The notes beneath the pieces are model-generated. The model was not told where the DNA came from. It did no database searches and saw only the letters and a program-made list of their open reading frames with translations. From Octopus sinensis (taxonomy: Eukaryota): DNA of 64,000 nucleotides. The translations under genes and the position numbers were made by a program. The DNA is taken from positions 30,008,001 to 30,072,000 of the forward strand of contig NC_043003.1 of assembly GCF_006345805.1 (NCBI RefSeq), written 5' to 3'. Below, piece by piece: positions 49,785 to 62,467 of this stretch. Positions within the stretch are counted from its first letter, which is position 1; each line of letters starts with the position of its first letter.

Positions 49785-50630
49785 GGAATTGCCACTGTAA
49801 AGTCATTTGGTTTACTCCACCCTTTTCACTCAACATCAAGACATACATGGGAAGGATATTCCTCAGATTAGTGAACAAGCACTTCACGTAATCCCATAGA
49901 TATGGATTTTTATTTAATAGAAACAACTTAAGGGTCTCTTTCAGCTGTATGTTCAGTGCTAAAAAAGATTTCAGTGAGCACCCCTAAACCCTGCACAGAA
50001 GCAGGATGCCCCTAAGGCTGTGGTCAAGGAGGCTGAGGTGGAGTCTGGCAGTAACAGTTGTGATAGCAGCACCAACAACGTATCCAGCGGTAACAATGAT
50101 TGCAGCAGCAGCAGTAAGAGCAACATTAGTAGTACATCTGGCAGCAGTTGTAGCAGTACATCTGACAGTAACAGCAACACTGGCATTGGTAGTGGTAGCA
50201 ACAGCAACAACTGCAGCACCAACATCGTATCTAGCAGCAATAGCAACAGCAACAACAGCAGCTGCACCAGCAACATGTGTAGCAGTAGTGCAAGGATCCA
50301 GACACAGAGATATGTTGGGGCAACAGAGAGCCCCTTCAAGCGATGTCTAAACAACCACAGGTCTTCTTTCAGGATCCCAGAGAGGTGCAATGATATATTA
50401 TTGGTCAGCTGTGTATGGCCTTTAAAAGAATAGGGGATGTCATACAATATTAAACAGTAGCTCCTGGAACAACCTGGACCATACCTTAATGAGAGTAGAT
50501 AATGTAAACCTTGCATGGCCAAGAGAGCAAGGATCCTGAAGAACTTGCTTAACCAAGAGGCCTTCTTAAACTCCAAAAGTGAAGTATTTAGTTAATGCCC
50601 TCATCAGAGGAAATTTATGTTGAAAAACAT
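49785..50630 (+). mobile_element. Penelope-like element (Naiad-type) RT thumb and GIY-YIG endonuclease remnant
   Basis: VIWFTPPFSLNIKT..FLRLVNKHF; FNRNNLRVSFSCM; VVKEAEV..YVGATESPFKRCLNNHRSSF; CKPC..LNSKSEVFS.CPHQRKF. Many stops. Confidence 0.85.
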
Positions 50631-51399
50631 GGAATTCCCCACTATAGCTATGTAAGCTGTTCCTGTGCTTACAGCCACAACAAGTCACAACAATTTTTAA
50701 TAACATCCTATTGTAGGAAATAATTATAACTATTGGACAATTTTAATTACAAAATAACTATTTACAATGAAAAATAAGCGCTACAGATTGTGGATATTTT
50801 TTAACAATTATTTTTTGTAAAATGATTTTATCTATAAGACAATTTTAAATATAGAAATAACTTTTAATATAAAGTAAGTCTAACGAATTACAATTTTAAA
50901 CATAGAATAATTCATAATATAAAAGACAAAAATAAAATTTCAATTCAAAAGTTTATTTTAAAAAAGAGGCATGAAGATCATTTGGGCCATACCCTTATGA
51001 TTTTTCCGTGCAATGGAATCTAAATTTATTTTATAATTTTTAAGTTAATTACACCTGATAAATGTTGAAGTGCAAAATTACTAAATTCATGTGATAACAG
51101 AATTGCATTTTATCTAATAGAAGTTCATCTTCAACATTTAGATGTTTTGAACAAACATTTCCATTGAATTGTTAAATTTGAGCTGTGTTAATATTGGATT
51201 TTATGACTGATTTAATTTCATTGTGGGAACAAGCACAACTTCAAATATGTCCGAGAGCCATGAAATATGTATGATACTGCAAAACTAAAATGCAGTGACA
51301 CCATCATGCACTTCTAGATTGAACTGTGAAACTGCTTCAGCGGCTTGGATACTCTTTAACAAACTGAGTCCAAGGCTGAAAACCAGTAGCACAATTTTA

Positions 51400-52400
51400 A
51401 GCATCACATGTAAAGATTAATAACTCAAGAATTCAGGTTTACCAGGAACAAGCAAAAAGATTGGACATAAGACTGCACTACAGAATTCATTGAGAGTTAT
51501 AATTGTGCTTGGACACCATTAACTATCAAGTACTCAAAAGACAAACAATTCATTTTGCCTATGCTGGTGACAATGAATACTGTTGCTCTGGACATGAAAC
51601 AGGTAGCTCCTGTTGAGGACTCATGAAAACTGAACCAACTTAAGTCAACTGTGAAGGGCTACCTATCAACAAAAAAAAAAAATTCTTGGTATTCAAGGCG
51701 TAATTATTTTGAATTTTGAAGAAACATCACAGTCAATGATGTGACCATTTTATGACCCTACTCAACTATGATTTGTTCATAGATACTACTCCTCACATAT
51801 TATGAGTGCCTAAAATATAAAGGTGTGCAAATCTAACCACAAACTGAAGAACAAAGCCCCAGGTGTAGATGGTTTGTCTGGCAAAATCCTCACAAATTAT
51901 TTCAATGTCTTGTTTTCCTGGTTGTACGGTGTAATCACCTGCATCTAGGAACAGGAGACTTAAAATCTCTCCAACAAGACTGGAGTGACACAAGTCTCCT
52001 CTCTTTCTTTAAGAAGTATGATACATATTCTTGCAACAATTAATGAGGCATCGCAGCCAAGATATTCACTGTCATTCTACGACAAAATTTCTCCATGAGC
52101 ATCAACACAGAGCACAAAATCAGTACAAAAATCTTTGCTGATGCTCCATGTTTTGGATTTTGTGTCAAATTCTGTTTGTTGTCATTGATAGAGTGATTCT
52201 TTTCAACAGCTCTTGCTCAAAAGATACCTCCCTGGGTTTTGGTAATGCATTCTGCTGTTGACAAAACAAAGTCATTTCTGATGTTACACCAGAGTCCTTC
52301 CCAGAATGACTTAAATGGTAAGGTAGACAGCTAAAAAGAGAATTAGTATGATCAAACTGGATCTTGAATCAATGTATAGCATCTGCCATTAGAATCATGA
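51400..52400 (+). mobile_element. old LINE ORF2 remnant
   Basis: KNKAPGVDGL motif at ~51850. The rest is heavily decayed. Confidence 0.45.
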
Positions 52401-53394
52401 CTGGCATCAGGCATATGTGATTACATAGCATGGTCAGCTTCTGTGGATTCAGTTTCAGTTTTAACAATATATATATATATGTTTGTGTCTCCTTGTCATT
52501 AACATTGCATATTTGTAAATGAGTGTCAGTCATTTCCCTATTCAGCAAAAAACTTATAAGGCCATGGAAAAATATTACTTTGCTTGGAAATAAATGAGGG
52601 TTGGTGACAGGAAGGACATCTGGCCATCATAAGAATGCCTCAACAAACTCATGCAAACATGCACATTAAAAATGATAACAATGATGATCTATAATAGTTT
52701 AAATGCAGTCATCTGCAAGGGAACTCTTTTCAATTAAGACCGGACTTTTAAAGTAAATCACCCTTCCAGCTACACAAACTTACTATACTATAAATAACTG
52801 ATAAAAGATATACATTGTAGATTATTGCAACTTCAATTTAAAGTCACAAAAGTAATTCCGTTACGAAACACAACTATTGTCAGCTCATAACATTTTAATA
52901 GTGACAGATATCAGTGTAAGCAGATAAAATATTAAAATTTAATTATAAAATACATCAACTTTATTTGTTATTTAAATAAATGATCCCATTTACACATGTA
53001 AATCTATATACACTTCTTTAATCATGCTGAAGAATGTTCTGGAAATTCTCCAGATTGTGTTGGAGAGAGAAAAAAAAGAAAGTATAGTTTGTAAACATTG
53101 CAAATCAGTAAAATTATTTTTTTATTAATCAGTGTATGAAAAATTTTATTGAAAATTTTCTTAACTATGTAAAATATTTGGGTGATATATAAGACAAATT
53201 TTTAGAAAATTAACAGTTAATAAAAATTACAACACACTGATTTATAACTTTTTGCAAATGTTACAAAATATTCTTAAATAATTCAAGTAATATTATATAA
53301 ACATGTCTTTCGTTAATTTTCTGTGATGTTCTTCAAACATTCATGGTATTAATTCCATTATGTCATAAAGTAATAATTTTACAAATTCTTTTAA

Positions 53395-54657
53395 TTATTT
53401 CCCTTGTTTTACAGTCTGTTTTTCATGTACTTTTTGTTTGTGATTAGTCAAAATTTTATTCTTAGAGAAAGTCCTACCACAGATGTTGCAGCGATATGGT
53501 TGCTCACCAGTGTGAACAGGTCTGTGGCGAGTTAAATGCTGATTATCATAAAATGTTTTACCACAAATATCACAACTGTATGGTCTCTCACCTGTGTGAC
53601 CACGTACATGAATCTTTAAATGTGTATTCTGAGAGAATGTTTTACCACAGATATCACAGTGGTATGGTTTCTCACCAGTGTGAACCCGTACATGTTGAGT
53701 TAAATGAACATTCTGAGAGAATGTTTTACCACAGGTTTTACAGTGGTATGGTCTTTCACCTGTGTGGATGCGTATATGATTAGTTAACCTACTACTACGA
53801 GTGAATGTTTTCCCACAAATATCACAGTGGTATGGTCTAATTCCTATGTGAGCTTGTTTGTGACTAGCCAAACTATAATATGCAGAGAAGGCTTTCCCAC
53901 AGATATCACAATGGTATGGTTTCTCACCAGTGTGGGTACGTCTGTGGACAGTCATGTTACCTCTTCCAGAGAATGTTTTCCCACAGACATCACAACAGTG
54001 TGGCTTTTCACTTGTGTGAATGTATTTGTGAACATTTAAATTAGAACTTCGGGAGAATGTTTTACCACATATACCACACTGATATGGTTTCTCACCTGTA
54101 TGAATACGTATGTGATGAGTTAAGCTGTCAGTCTGAGAGAATGTTTTCCCACAGATATCACAGTGATATGGTTTCTCACCTGAGTGAATATATTTGTGTC
54201 TACTCAAATGACTTAGCTGAGTGAAACTTCTCCCACAAATATCACAGTTATATGGCTTTTCACCAGTATGAATACGTCTATGATTAGTCAAAGTACTGCT
54301 GACAGAAAAGGTTTTGTCACAAATATCACAGTGGTGTGGTTTCTTGCTTCTGTGAATAAGTTTGTGTCTAGTCAAATATGTATTCTGAAGGAATACTTTA
54401 CCACAAATTAAGCATTCAAAATCTTTTTGATCTGACTGAACACCCTTTGAGAATAAACGAGTTTTTGCAATTGCTTTGCTGTAAATTTTTTTAACCTTAA
54501 GGCTTGTAAGCAGTACATTAGACTGTGTAAATGTTTTCTTATGAATGTCAAAGGGACATGATTGCTTTTGTACATCTACATGTACCAGATTAGATATGTC
54601 ATTGGATTCAGGCTGTGTTTGATCATAAACCTGGTTTTCACAAAGCTTTTCTTCCAT
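53395..54657 (-). CDS. C2H2 zinc-finger protein C (12 fingers plus MEEKLC leader, 420 aa); the only copy intact from the ancestral ATG
   Basis: Open ORF. Acceptor cacttcAG at 55085-55084. Confidence 0.95.
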   Translation of the reverse strand: MEEKLCENQVYDQTQPESNDISNLVHVDVQKQSCPFDIHKKTFTQSNVLLTSLKVKKIYSKAIAKTRLFSKGVQSDQKDFECLICGKVFLQNTYLTRHKLIHRSKKPHHCDICDKTFSVSSTLTNHRRIHTGEKPYNCDICGRSFTQLSHLSRHKYIHSGEKPYHCDICGKTFSQTDSLTHHIRIHTGEKPYQCGICGKTFSRSSNLNVHKYIHTSEKPHCCDVCGKTFSGRGNMTVHRRTHTGEKPYHCDICGKAFSAYYSLASHKQAHIGIRPYHCDICGKTFTRSSRLTNHIRIHTGERPYHCKTCGKTFSQNVHLTQHVRVHTGEKPYHCDICGKTFSQNTHLKIHVRGHTGERPYSCDICGKTFYDNQHLTRHRPVHTGEQPYRCNICGRTFSKNKILTNHKQKVHEKQTVKQGK

Positions 54658-55943
54658 AATTTTCTTCTTTCTTCAATGATATATTTAAAAAAAAGGAGAT
54701 TGATTTATAATGTTCAATGAAAGGTAAGCAAATTCTATGAAACTTCTTAAATACTAAAGTTAGAATGAATTTTCTTTTACAATAAAAGTTGAGATTTCAC
54801 AAAGTCTGAAGATATCTCCTTCATAAGGAAACAATTACAAGATATTTTATTAGGACAGTTTCATTTCCTAGAGTTCAATATTGCAAACAAAAATCAGCAA
54901 ATAAACAAACTCCAGTTCTCATGATCCACTCTGATATGAAAAGACATTATAGATAAACCAAATTGAATCTTCATGTTCTATGTCTCTGTTACAATCTATT
55001 GTGTTCTTGATAATGATAATCTTCTGTTTTCAAAATCAAATTTCTTGATACCAGCAATTACTATTTCAGTATCTACACAAATCCTGAAGTGAAGAATATA
55101 ATGATATAATGTAGAACGGACGTTATGTACAGAGAACAGACACAATAGTACAGACATACAGTGAAAACAAATGAAAATTTTGAAGGGAAAAAAATACAGG
55201 GATAATAGATTTAGACAAGCAGAATATTTTTTATTAGTGTTAAAATATAGAAAGTTTAGAGTAATAGTATGTATAAACAGATTGATTTAAATGTCTTTAT
55301 ATCCACCTATCCATGCTAACAGAACCACCTCTGTTTACTACAAGAGAGCCTATATGTGATTAATGAATGCGAGAAATAGGAGCCAAATATTCCTGGAATT
55401 ATAACCTGTCTTGAAAATGAAATGTAGCTTGAGAAAAAGTGGGCTGGCGTGTTATAGAAACCTAGCTCAAACTCGCGCACTTTTATGTTGTTTCAGTGTT
55501 TTGTTTAAATAAAGGAGAAACAAATTCTTTATTTAAGGAATGTTCTGTTTTCAGAATGTCTCAAGATAAGATTTCTAATATGGCACTTTTCCTGTCGTAT
55601 CATAGAATGGTTAATACATGTTAACACAAAAACTATTTGAGGTAGTTATCGTTTTCGTCCGCACGATCTGATTTGGTTTGAATTTCCAACATTAATGTAG
55701 TTTTACATGCTAGTCATGAAAATTACATTGTTTTTTTTTTTTCCACACTATTTAAAAATGAAAATGTTACAACCCTTTAAAATTCGAATTTTTTTGCTAG
55801 TTTTAGCCAATAGAGATTAAACATAAATGTAAATAACATCTCACCATTAATACATATCGCGGATTGTTACAACAAAGTTGTTTGCACGAGAAATACTAAA
55901 ATATCCTGTTCAGCAATTAGCTATTGACAATAGATCAACTTAC

Positions 55944-56110
55944 TGTTTTCCTTCCGTATTTTCATACTATTTGATGCAATAATATTTAGAAATGAAGTGA
56001 AATCCAACATCTTGCTCCTTCCATGAACTCAAAATCGATGACAGATCAACTTGAAATTCATTAATACAGAGCTGATGAATGTATCATTAGCCGCCTTTTC
56101 GTAAAAAAAT
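55944..56110 (-). promoter_or_regulatory. promoter/non-coding exon 1 of ZNF gene C (donor at 55943; motif agccgccttttcgtaaaa at 56089-56108)
   Basis: Homologous to the cassettes of gene B and the orphan copy. Confidence 0.7.
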
Positions 56111-56214
56111 AATCCTTATAAACTTAAATGATATTTGTTGGCTTTATTGCATAACAGAGGGTTCATAGATTGACTGTTGTTATCGAATGATTTCATTATT
56201 TAAATTTTATAAGG

Positions 56215-56360
56215 GCAATGAAATGGCAGAATCGTTCGACTGTTGGTAAAAATGCGTTGCACCATTCGTTTCGGCTCTTTAAACGTTCTGAGTTCAAGTT
56301 CCACCGACGTCAACTTAGCCTTACATCGCTCCAGGGCCGATAAAATAAAATACCAACTAA
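56215..56360 (+). mobile_element. tRNA-derived SINE (second family)
   Basis: ggcagaatcgtt..aaatgc..gttctgagttcaagttccaccgacgtcaac..gggccgataaaataaaatacca. Confidence 0.7.
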
Positions 56361-57636
56361 GTCTGTGTGTGTGCGTTGGTCATTCGGTAATGTCTGATTA
56401 TTTTTTGCGACTGCTACTGTGTTGGGCCGTTCATATTGAATATGTGGTTCTATGTTGGCTGCTCGACTGGCGCAAGTTAACTGCTGACTGTCTGCTTGTC
56501 TCTTGACAGTCCACCTGGTGATGGCTACTTTCCCTCTGCCGTATGTCTGACTGTATTTATAATGGTCATGACAGCTAGAAGGACAGACACACCACAGGAG
56601 TAATTTCTACCTGTGTAGGTCGCCTTCTGTCCACTTGAACCTTAAATGACACAACTCAGGTTTTATGTCGAAGAGAAATCCATCCATCACTTTTTGACAG
56701 GACAACGAAATTTGTTTCACGCCTGTTTGGCCAGTGGTGGATCAAACGAGCGAGAATCATTAGATTCGATTTCGAATTTCAGCTCGGAAAAAGGAAGTGC
56801 TAGTTTTTACAAACTATATTAACTAATGTGTCTTTTTTAAGACAGTACGGTGTGATTTGGTTGCTTTTGCTTTTTTCTCTTAAAATGAAACATTTGGTTT
56901 TCGTTTCTGTATTTCATGTAATTCTTGATGTTTTTATATCCCGCCCCCAATCTCCACGGAAAATTTGCCGTACTTCTTCACATTCACCAGTTTCTGGATA
57001 GAACACTTTACTCCACATTCTTTCATTTAGACTTCTCTCTAAATCTTTCTTGGGCAGTAGGAGGATGGCTGCTATCTGCCACGACATTATTTGTATGATG
57101 TCTCTCAAAGAGGGATAATGTATTTCACTAAACGCTACAGAAGCATTATTTCTTTTCACATCTTAATATGCAACAGGACTTTCTTTCCAGCCTAATTTCT
57201 TGATCATTACAACCATAATGAAAGTTAGACACTTTCACAGATATATATTGTTCTGAAAAACTTAAACTCCTACTTCAACTGTTGTTTATTGTAGAGCTGA
57301 GGCGATTTTCCTTTTCGACTTGCACTTTAGATTAAATACCAAAAAAATATGGATATTAGTGTCTTACTAATGTTTTCTCGAGAAAGAAATTCAAGATTTA
57401 TCTTGAGAGTTGGGAGTACTATTGAAGCTATCATCGAATCCATCAATAAAACAAATAAATCAACGGTGTAGTCCTGTGGGAACAGTGTTCCCTTACATTT
57501 TCGGAGAGGGGAAACAGTGTTACCTCACTATTGCACAGAAATCCAAGCTTAAAATTGTGTAACGTATTGAAAATGTCCACCTTTAAAATTACTTTTGCTT
57601 CAGCTGAACTGCACACACACACACACACACACATAT

Positions 57637-57885
57637 ATAAATATCTCTTTGAAAATCAAAGAAAAAGAAGATATCTATGGACAACTGCTTCGAAACCTCC
57701 AGCTTCTATATCCAGACTATGAATTCATATTCATACCAATAATTGGAGCACTAGGTTTTGTTAGTAATTGCTGGGAAAACTGGGATTTTCAGAAAGAGAA
57801 ATCGACCGGCTTATTCGTACTATTGCAATCTGTAAGTGGAACAGTAAAAATATGCAAGACTTTTCTCAAGTTCCAAATGTGAATT
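57637..57885 (+). mobile_element. R4/Dong-like (REL endonuclease) non-LTR ORF C-terminus
   Basis: KIKEKEDIYGQL..FIPIIGALG..LGF..SGTVKICKTFL*, matching the K..KY..L / IPI.IGALG pattern. Confidence 0.7.
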
Positions 57886-57994
57886 TGCCTGTGTTAACTA
57901 CATCCCAAAGATGGAACTTTGTATCATTGTTGGAAACCGGCTCCCTTCTCAGTGGAAGATCTATAATAATTTTTAAAAAATAGAAGAAACAAAC

Positions 57995-57997
<3 letters not shown>

Positions 57998-58050
<53 letters not shown>
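57998..58050. repeat. (GA)n microsatellite
   Basis: Directly visible. Confidence 0.95.
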
Positions 58051-58053
<3 letters not shown>

Positions 58054-58169
58054 GTGACGGTGGGGAACGTATATTCAATATCAAAGACGTCCACACATTC
58101 CATACACAGTCTTGATAAGCGATTGTCTTTTGAGAGACACAAGGGAACGAAGGGGCTGACAGAATTCAC

Positions 58170-58330
58170 ACACACATCCATCCATCCAGCATCTTCGCCC
58201 ACCATTCCTAGGAGGGGGGTCATTGGGATAGAGTCCTCAGGTACCTCCTCCATCAGAAGCAACTATCATTAGACTTCCAGATGGATTCCCAAGTGTGACC
58301 ATATGAGACGAGAGATATTATCCAACCATA
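58170..58330 (-). mobile_element. RTE/Expander-like ORF2 end with (GATG)n tail
   Basis: The reverse strand reads RLRTIWLDNISRLIWSHLGI, followed by ggatggatggatg. Confidence 0.5.
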
Positions 58331-59186
58331 TCGTTCTTAGTCTACTCCAAGGTCTCCTATAGGTTGGCTTAGCTTCAAGTGTCTATCTTGCGATTATTTC
58401 CTGCGGTTTTCTGATCAAGTGTCCAGAGCTGTGACCTTTTATCGCAGGGAAATTGGGGCTCGACCTGGAGAGAGTCCTTCATCTTGGAGCTACATACCTC
58501 GCTCGGTCCTGGAACCGAAACTACAATCTTAAAATCATGAGTGCAACATCCCTAACCACTAAGCCACACACCTCTACATTATCTAAAATGTATCTGGAAA
58601 ATTTCATGAAAAAATGACTTGAAAAAGATGCATGGTAACAAGGCCGGAAAATTTAATTGTGCCAGTAGTTGGTGCAAATTACGGCGCACATGTTGATGTA
58701 ACCCGACCCCTTCCCCACTTAAAAATTATTTTTATTTTTACGGAAACCCACATTTTTGACTATGGAGATTCCGATTCTGAGAAAAAAATTGGCAAAATCG
58801 CAACTTCAAAATTTACCCTCCCCCCCACACACACACACACGCATTTTTTTTATTTTTCGCTTTTTCAGAAAATTTTTTAGGCGAAATACAGAAACAAACA
58901 GAAAAATACAGAGATTATGATTCTGAAAAAAAAAAAATTGCTGCTAATGTCGCTGGCCATTAACTGTGGCAATGTCTTTGTTATTTATGTCTGCAGACGC
59001 ATTTGAATACACCGTTCGGACTCTTATTACCTCCCCTCCCATTTTCTTTCGTTGCTAATTTCACTTTTTCTTTTCTTTGTTTCCTTGTTGAAAGAATCTA
59101 GGGGCTGCTATTTGGATGGTTGGATTCTATTTTCACTTATATTTTTCTAAAGCGAAAGATCGCTTTAATTTTTCGATAATATAGTT

Positions 59187-59365
59187 TTTTTACGAAAGAA
59201 AACTTAGTAATGTCTGGATAAAGATTTATCGCTTGATTTAGTCTGACAACGAATTTGTCCAAATGTTTATAATTTCTATCAATTTCATTAGCTTCTTCTG
59301 TCCGTCAGTGTTATTACGAAATGCAAAAAGAAATATTATACTAAGTGACGAGAAATTACATAAGC
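59187..59365 (+). promoter_or_regulatory. putative promoter/exon-1 cassette of ZNF gene D, with the donor position reading ATAAG
   Basis: ttttacgaaag at 59187-59198. The expected donor position (~+165) reads gaaattac|ataagcctaactatcaacag. Weaker alignment than the other copies. Confidence 0.4.
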
Positions 59366-59689
59366 CTAACTATCAACAGACTGTATTTTCGGGTATTTAT
59401 TATCTTTTTTAGTTTCTTTCCCTAAACATTTGTAACTAATTTTTTTCTTTATATTTTGCCGATTCCACAAGTTTCTTTCTTACACGCACGCACACACACA
59501 CACACGCACCAAAATTACTTGGGTTTAAACCATGATAATCTTCATTTTTTTTTTTTGTTTCCTTTAATATGCTTCTGAACTTCAAACAGCGAGTTAGAAC
59601 ATACTTGGGGAATCCGTAAACTTTTATTAATCGTATAACATATCCTGAATCTCGAGAATTAGTTATTTTTAATCCAATCCTTATGACTT

Positions 59690-60058
59690 GAGGGTGTTAA
59701 TATAACATGGGTACGCCACACATCCACTTTACTGGCACTCCGCGGATTCCGACGAGTGTTCTGGTTGATCCAATCAATGGAACAGCCTGCTTGTGAAATG
59801 AATGTGCAAGTAGCTGAGCACTCTCCTGACACGCGTACCTTCACGTAGTTCTCAGGGAGATTCAGCGTGACACAAAATGTTACAAAGCTGGCCGTTTGAA
59901 GCATTGGAACAACTCATTTTTTGCCACCTGAGTGAACTGGAGCAACGGGAAATAAAGTGTCTTGCTCAAGGACAGAACTTGTCGCCATGAATCGAACTCA
60001 TAATCTTACGATCGTGAGCCGAATACTCTAACCACTTGGCCATGCGCCTTCACTACAC
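59690..60058 (-). mobile_element. tRNA-derived SINE (third family)
   Basis: Reverse strand: ggcgcatggccaagtggttagagtattcggctcacgatc..ttcgattc head, then tgagcaagacactttatttc core. Confidence 0.75.
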
Positions 60059-61751
60059 GCTCACTGGGCATTTGGGAAAGACACATAGTGCTAGTCTTAC
60101 ACTCACCTGTGACATGAGTCTGTTCATTAGTTTGTGTTTGAATCATGCATTAGGACTCCTTGCCAAATTCAACATTTTTAGTTTTACCTTCATAGAATTA
60201 GAGTACATAATCTAATATATGAAAATTCCGAGACATTTCATAGCCAAACGGCACAGGCACAAATTTGCTAATGGGACAGGACACCGGGACATATGGTATC
60301 TCTTTTTCCCCCTACGAAGAAATTTATATGGAATGATTAGCATTAAGTAAGCAGGAGTTTTCTAGCCCCCCCCCCTGCACTGCAGCAGGCCGAGTCAGTT
60401 ACTAGTCTTTATAGAAAGACAAAGTCAAGCACAGCAGTGTATAAGTTGTTGGGTCTTCTATCCCTTATGTCAGAAACAATGTCACTGACTCTGACTCAGT
60501 TTCCCCAGGCATTCCCTTTCTACCACTTTCTCCAACAAGTAGTAGTAATAATCCTTTCTAAAATAGGCTCAAGGCCTGAAATTTTACAGGAGAGGACTAG
60601 TTGACTATATTGAAACCAGTGCTCAGCTGGTACTTATTTTGTCAACTCCAAATGATGAAAAGTAGTAGTAATAATGACAGCACAGATATAGATGGCAATT
60701 CCATCCTCATATAAGTCCACCACACTATTCTAGATTACCTAAGCCCAGTAAGCCTGTGTTATATTTTTTGTTACTTTTTTATTATTTATTGATTGTATGT
60801 TAATAAACTTCATTGTAAATATTATTCTAACCATGAAACAATATTATTGAGTGTTTAAAAATTGTTTGTAGGTGATATTAGGGAGACAATTTTGTGATCA
60901 TGCAATGAAACCTATTTTTTTGACATATTCTATTATTAATTTATCACGGATTCATTTAACATTATCTTTTTTTAAAACCAAACCCCCATGATAAACAAGG
61001 ATAGACATGCATATATGTGTGTGTATGTTCTGTGTGTGCACACACAAATACAATAGGTTTCAATTTCTGTCTACCAAATTAACTTACTAAGCTTCAGATG
61101 GCCTGGAGCTATAGCAGAAGACACTCATGTGAGATGCAGTGAGATTGAACTTATAGATGGTGGATTGGTCCATTTAATGCGACTCACTCAGAAGGCTATA
61201 ATATCATTTAACAGGAACAAGGTACAAAGAAATACATGAAACAAGGTGGTGACTTTAAATGTCTTTAATGCTGGCCCCAAATATATATACACAAGCTGAA
61301 TGAAAATGATTGATGGATATTTATTCATACATCTACATGCATTTGCATGGGTTGTATGTTAGCTGTTAACCCTGGTGAGGAAAGCTCACAAACAGCGATA
61401 TGTTAGAACCAGTGCAGTATGTTGGTGCTCTTTAGATGTTGTTAACAACGTTGGTGAGAGACATGATGGTGGCAACAAAGATGGAGGTCACTGCAATGTG
61501 GTCAGTAGTTAGACCTTAGAAGGTCTGGAACCAACAGACTCCGAACTAGAAGGAGGTGAGTTTTTATAGCTGATGGTAGGCTCAACTAGTGTTTAGAACA
61601 GACTGTCTCACGTGTTTATATGGAGGCTGTGATTGGTTGTGTTGCATATTGGTGCGCGATAGAGTAAGAGACAAATACCAACCAATCAGAGTGGTAGACA
61701 CAACAGGGTCCAAAACAGTGCTCAAAGGTTAGCTGTCACCTTCTACATTCG

Positions 61752-61791
<40 letters not shown>

Positions 61792-62467
61792 AGAGAGAGA
61801 GTAAGTTCACTACAGACAGTCCCCCCACCCCCAAGTCATTTTGTGGGAGACAAAATAGATGATAAAAGGAAGATATTTCTGTAGCAAAGAGGTGAGATTA
61901 AATAAAGCAAATTTCTCATTTGTAAATTTGCAACAAATATGTTATGTTTCTAAATATTATCAACACTGTTGCAATCTACTCCATTGAAAGCCTACCTCTA
62001 CAAAATTTCATTAAAAAACGTGTATTTTTCAGAAAGTTATTGTCTGGCACCAAGCCTTGTATATGCCCTCATTATACACCACTATGTTAACCCCCTCTCT
62101 TTATACAATATAAAGCATGATTGGATAAATCAATCAACCAACAATTATTTGGTTATTATAAAGAGATTTTGTCTCATTTTTTAATTTTTATTTCAGATTT
62201 TCTTTTGACATTGAGAGAACATCAACAAATGTATGAAATTTTAAAGACTGCTGAATTACATTATCATCAAGAAAGCTTGTGACAGTTTATCCAACTATGA
62301 TTAAATTACTGTAAAAAATTAAATTTCATTAATAATTGTGGTGTTGATTGGAAATATATTAGTTGGATGGTGATGGTCATATTGGAGAAAATTTGACATT
62401 ACACCAGAACTATATTTTTGTTGTGTCTGATATTTGTTTCTTTGAAATATTGGCAAAAGAGTAAATT

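Noticed and set aside
49971-50576. 201-aa Leu-rich minus-strand ORF resembling a membrane protein
   Set aside because: It is the reverse complement of the AGC/AAC repeat inside the PLE remnant.
49985-50620. Selenoprotein-type Naiad PLE
   Set aside because: The conserved Cys positions that I can see use TGC/TGT, the stops are mostly TAA/TAG, and I see no SECIS.
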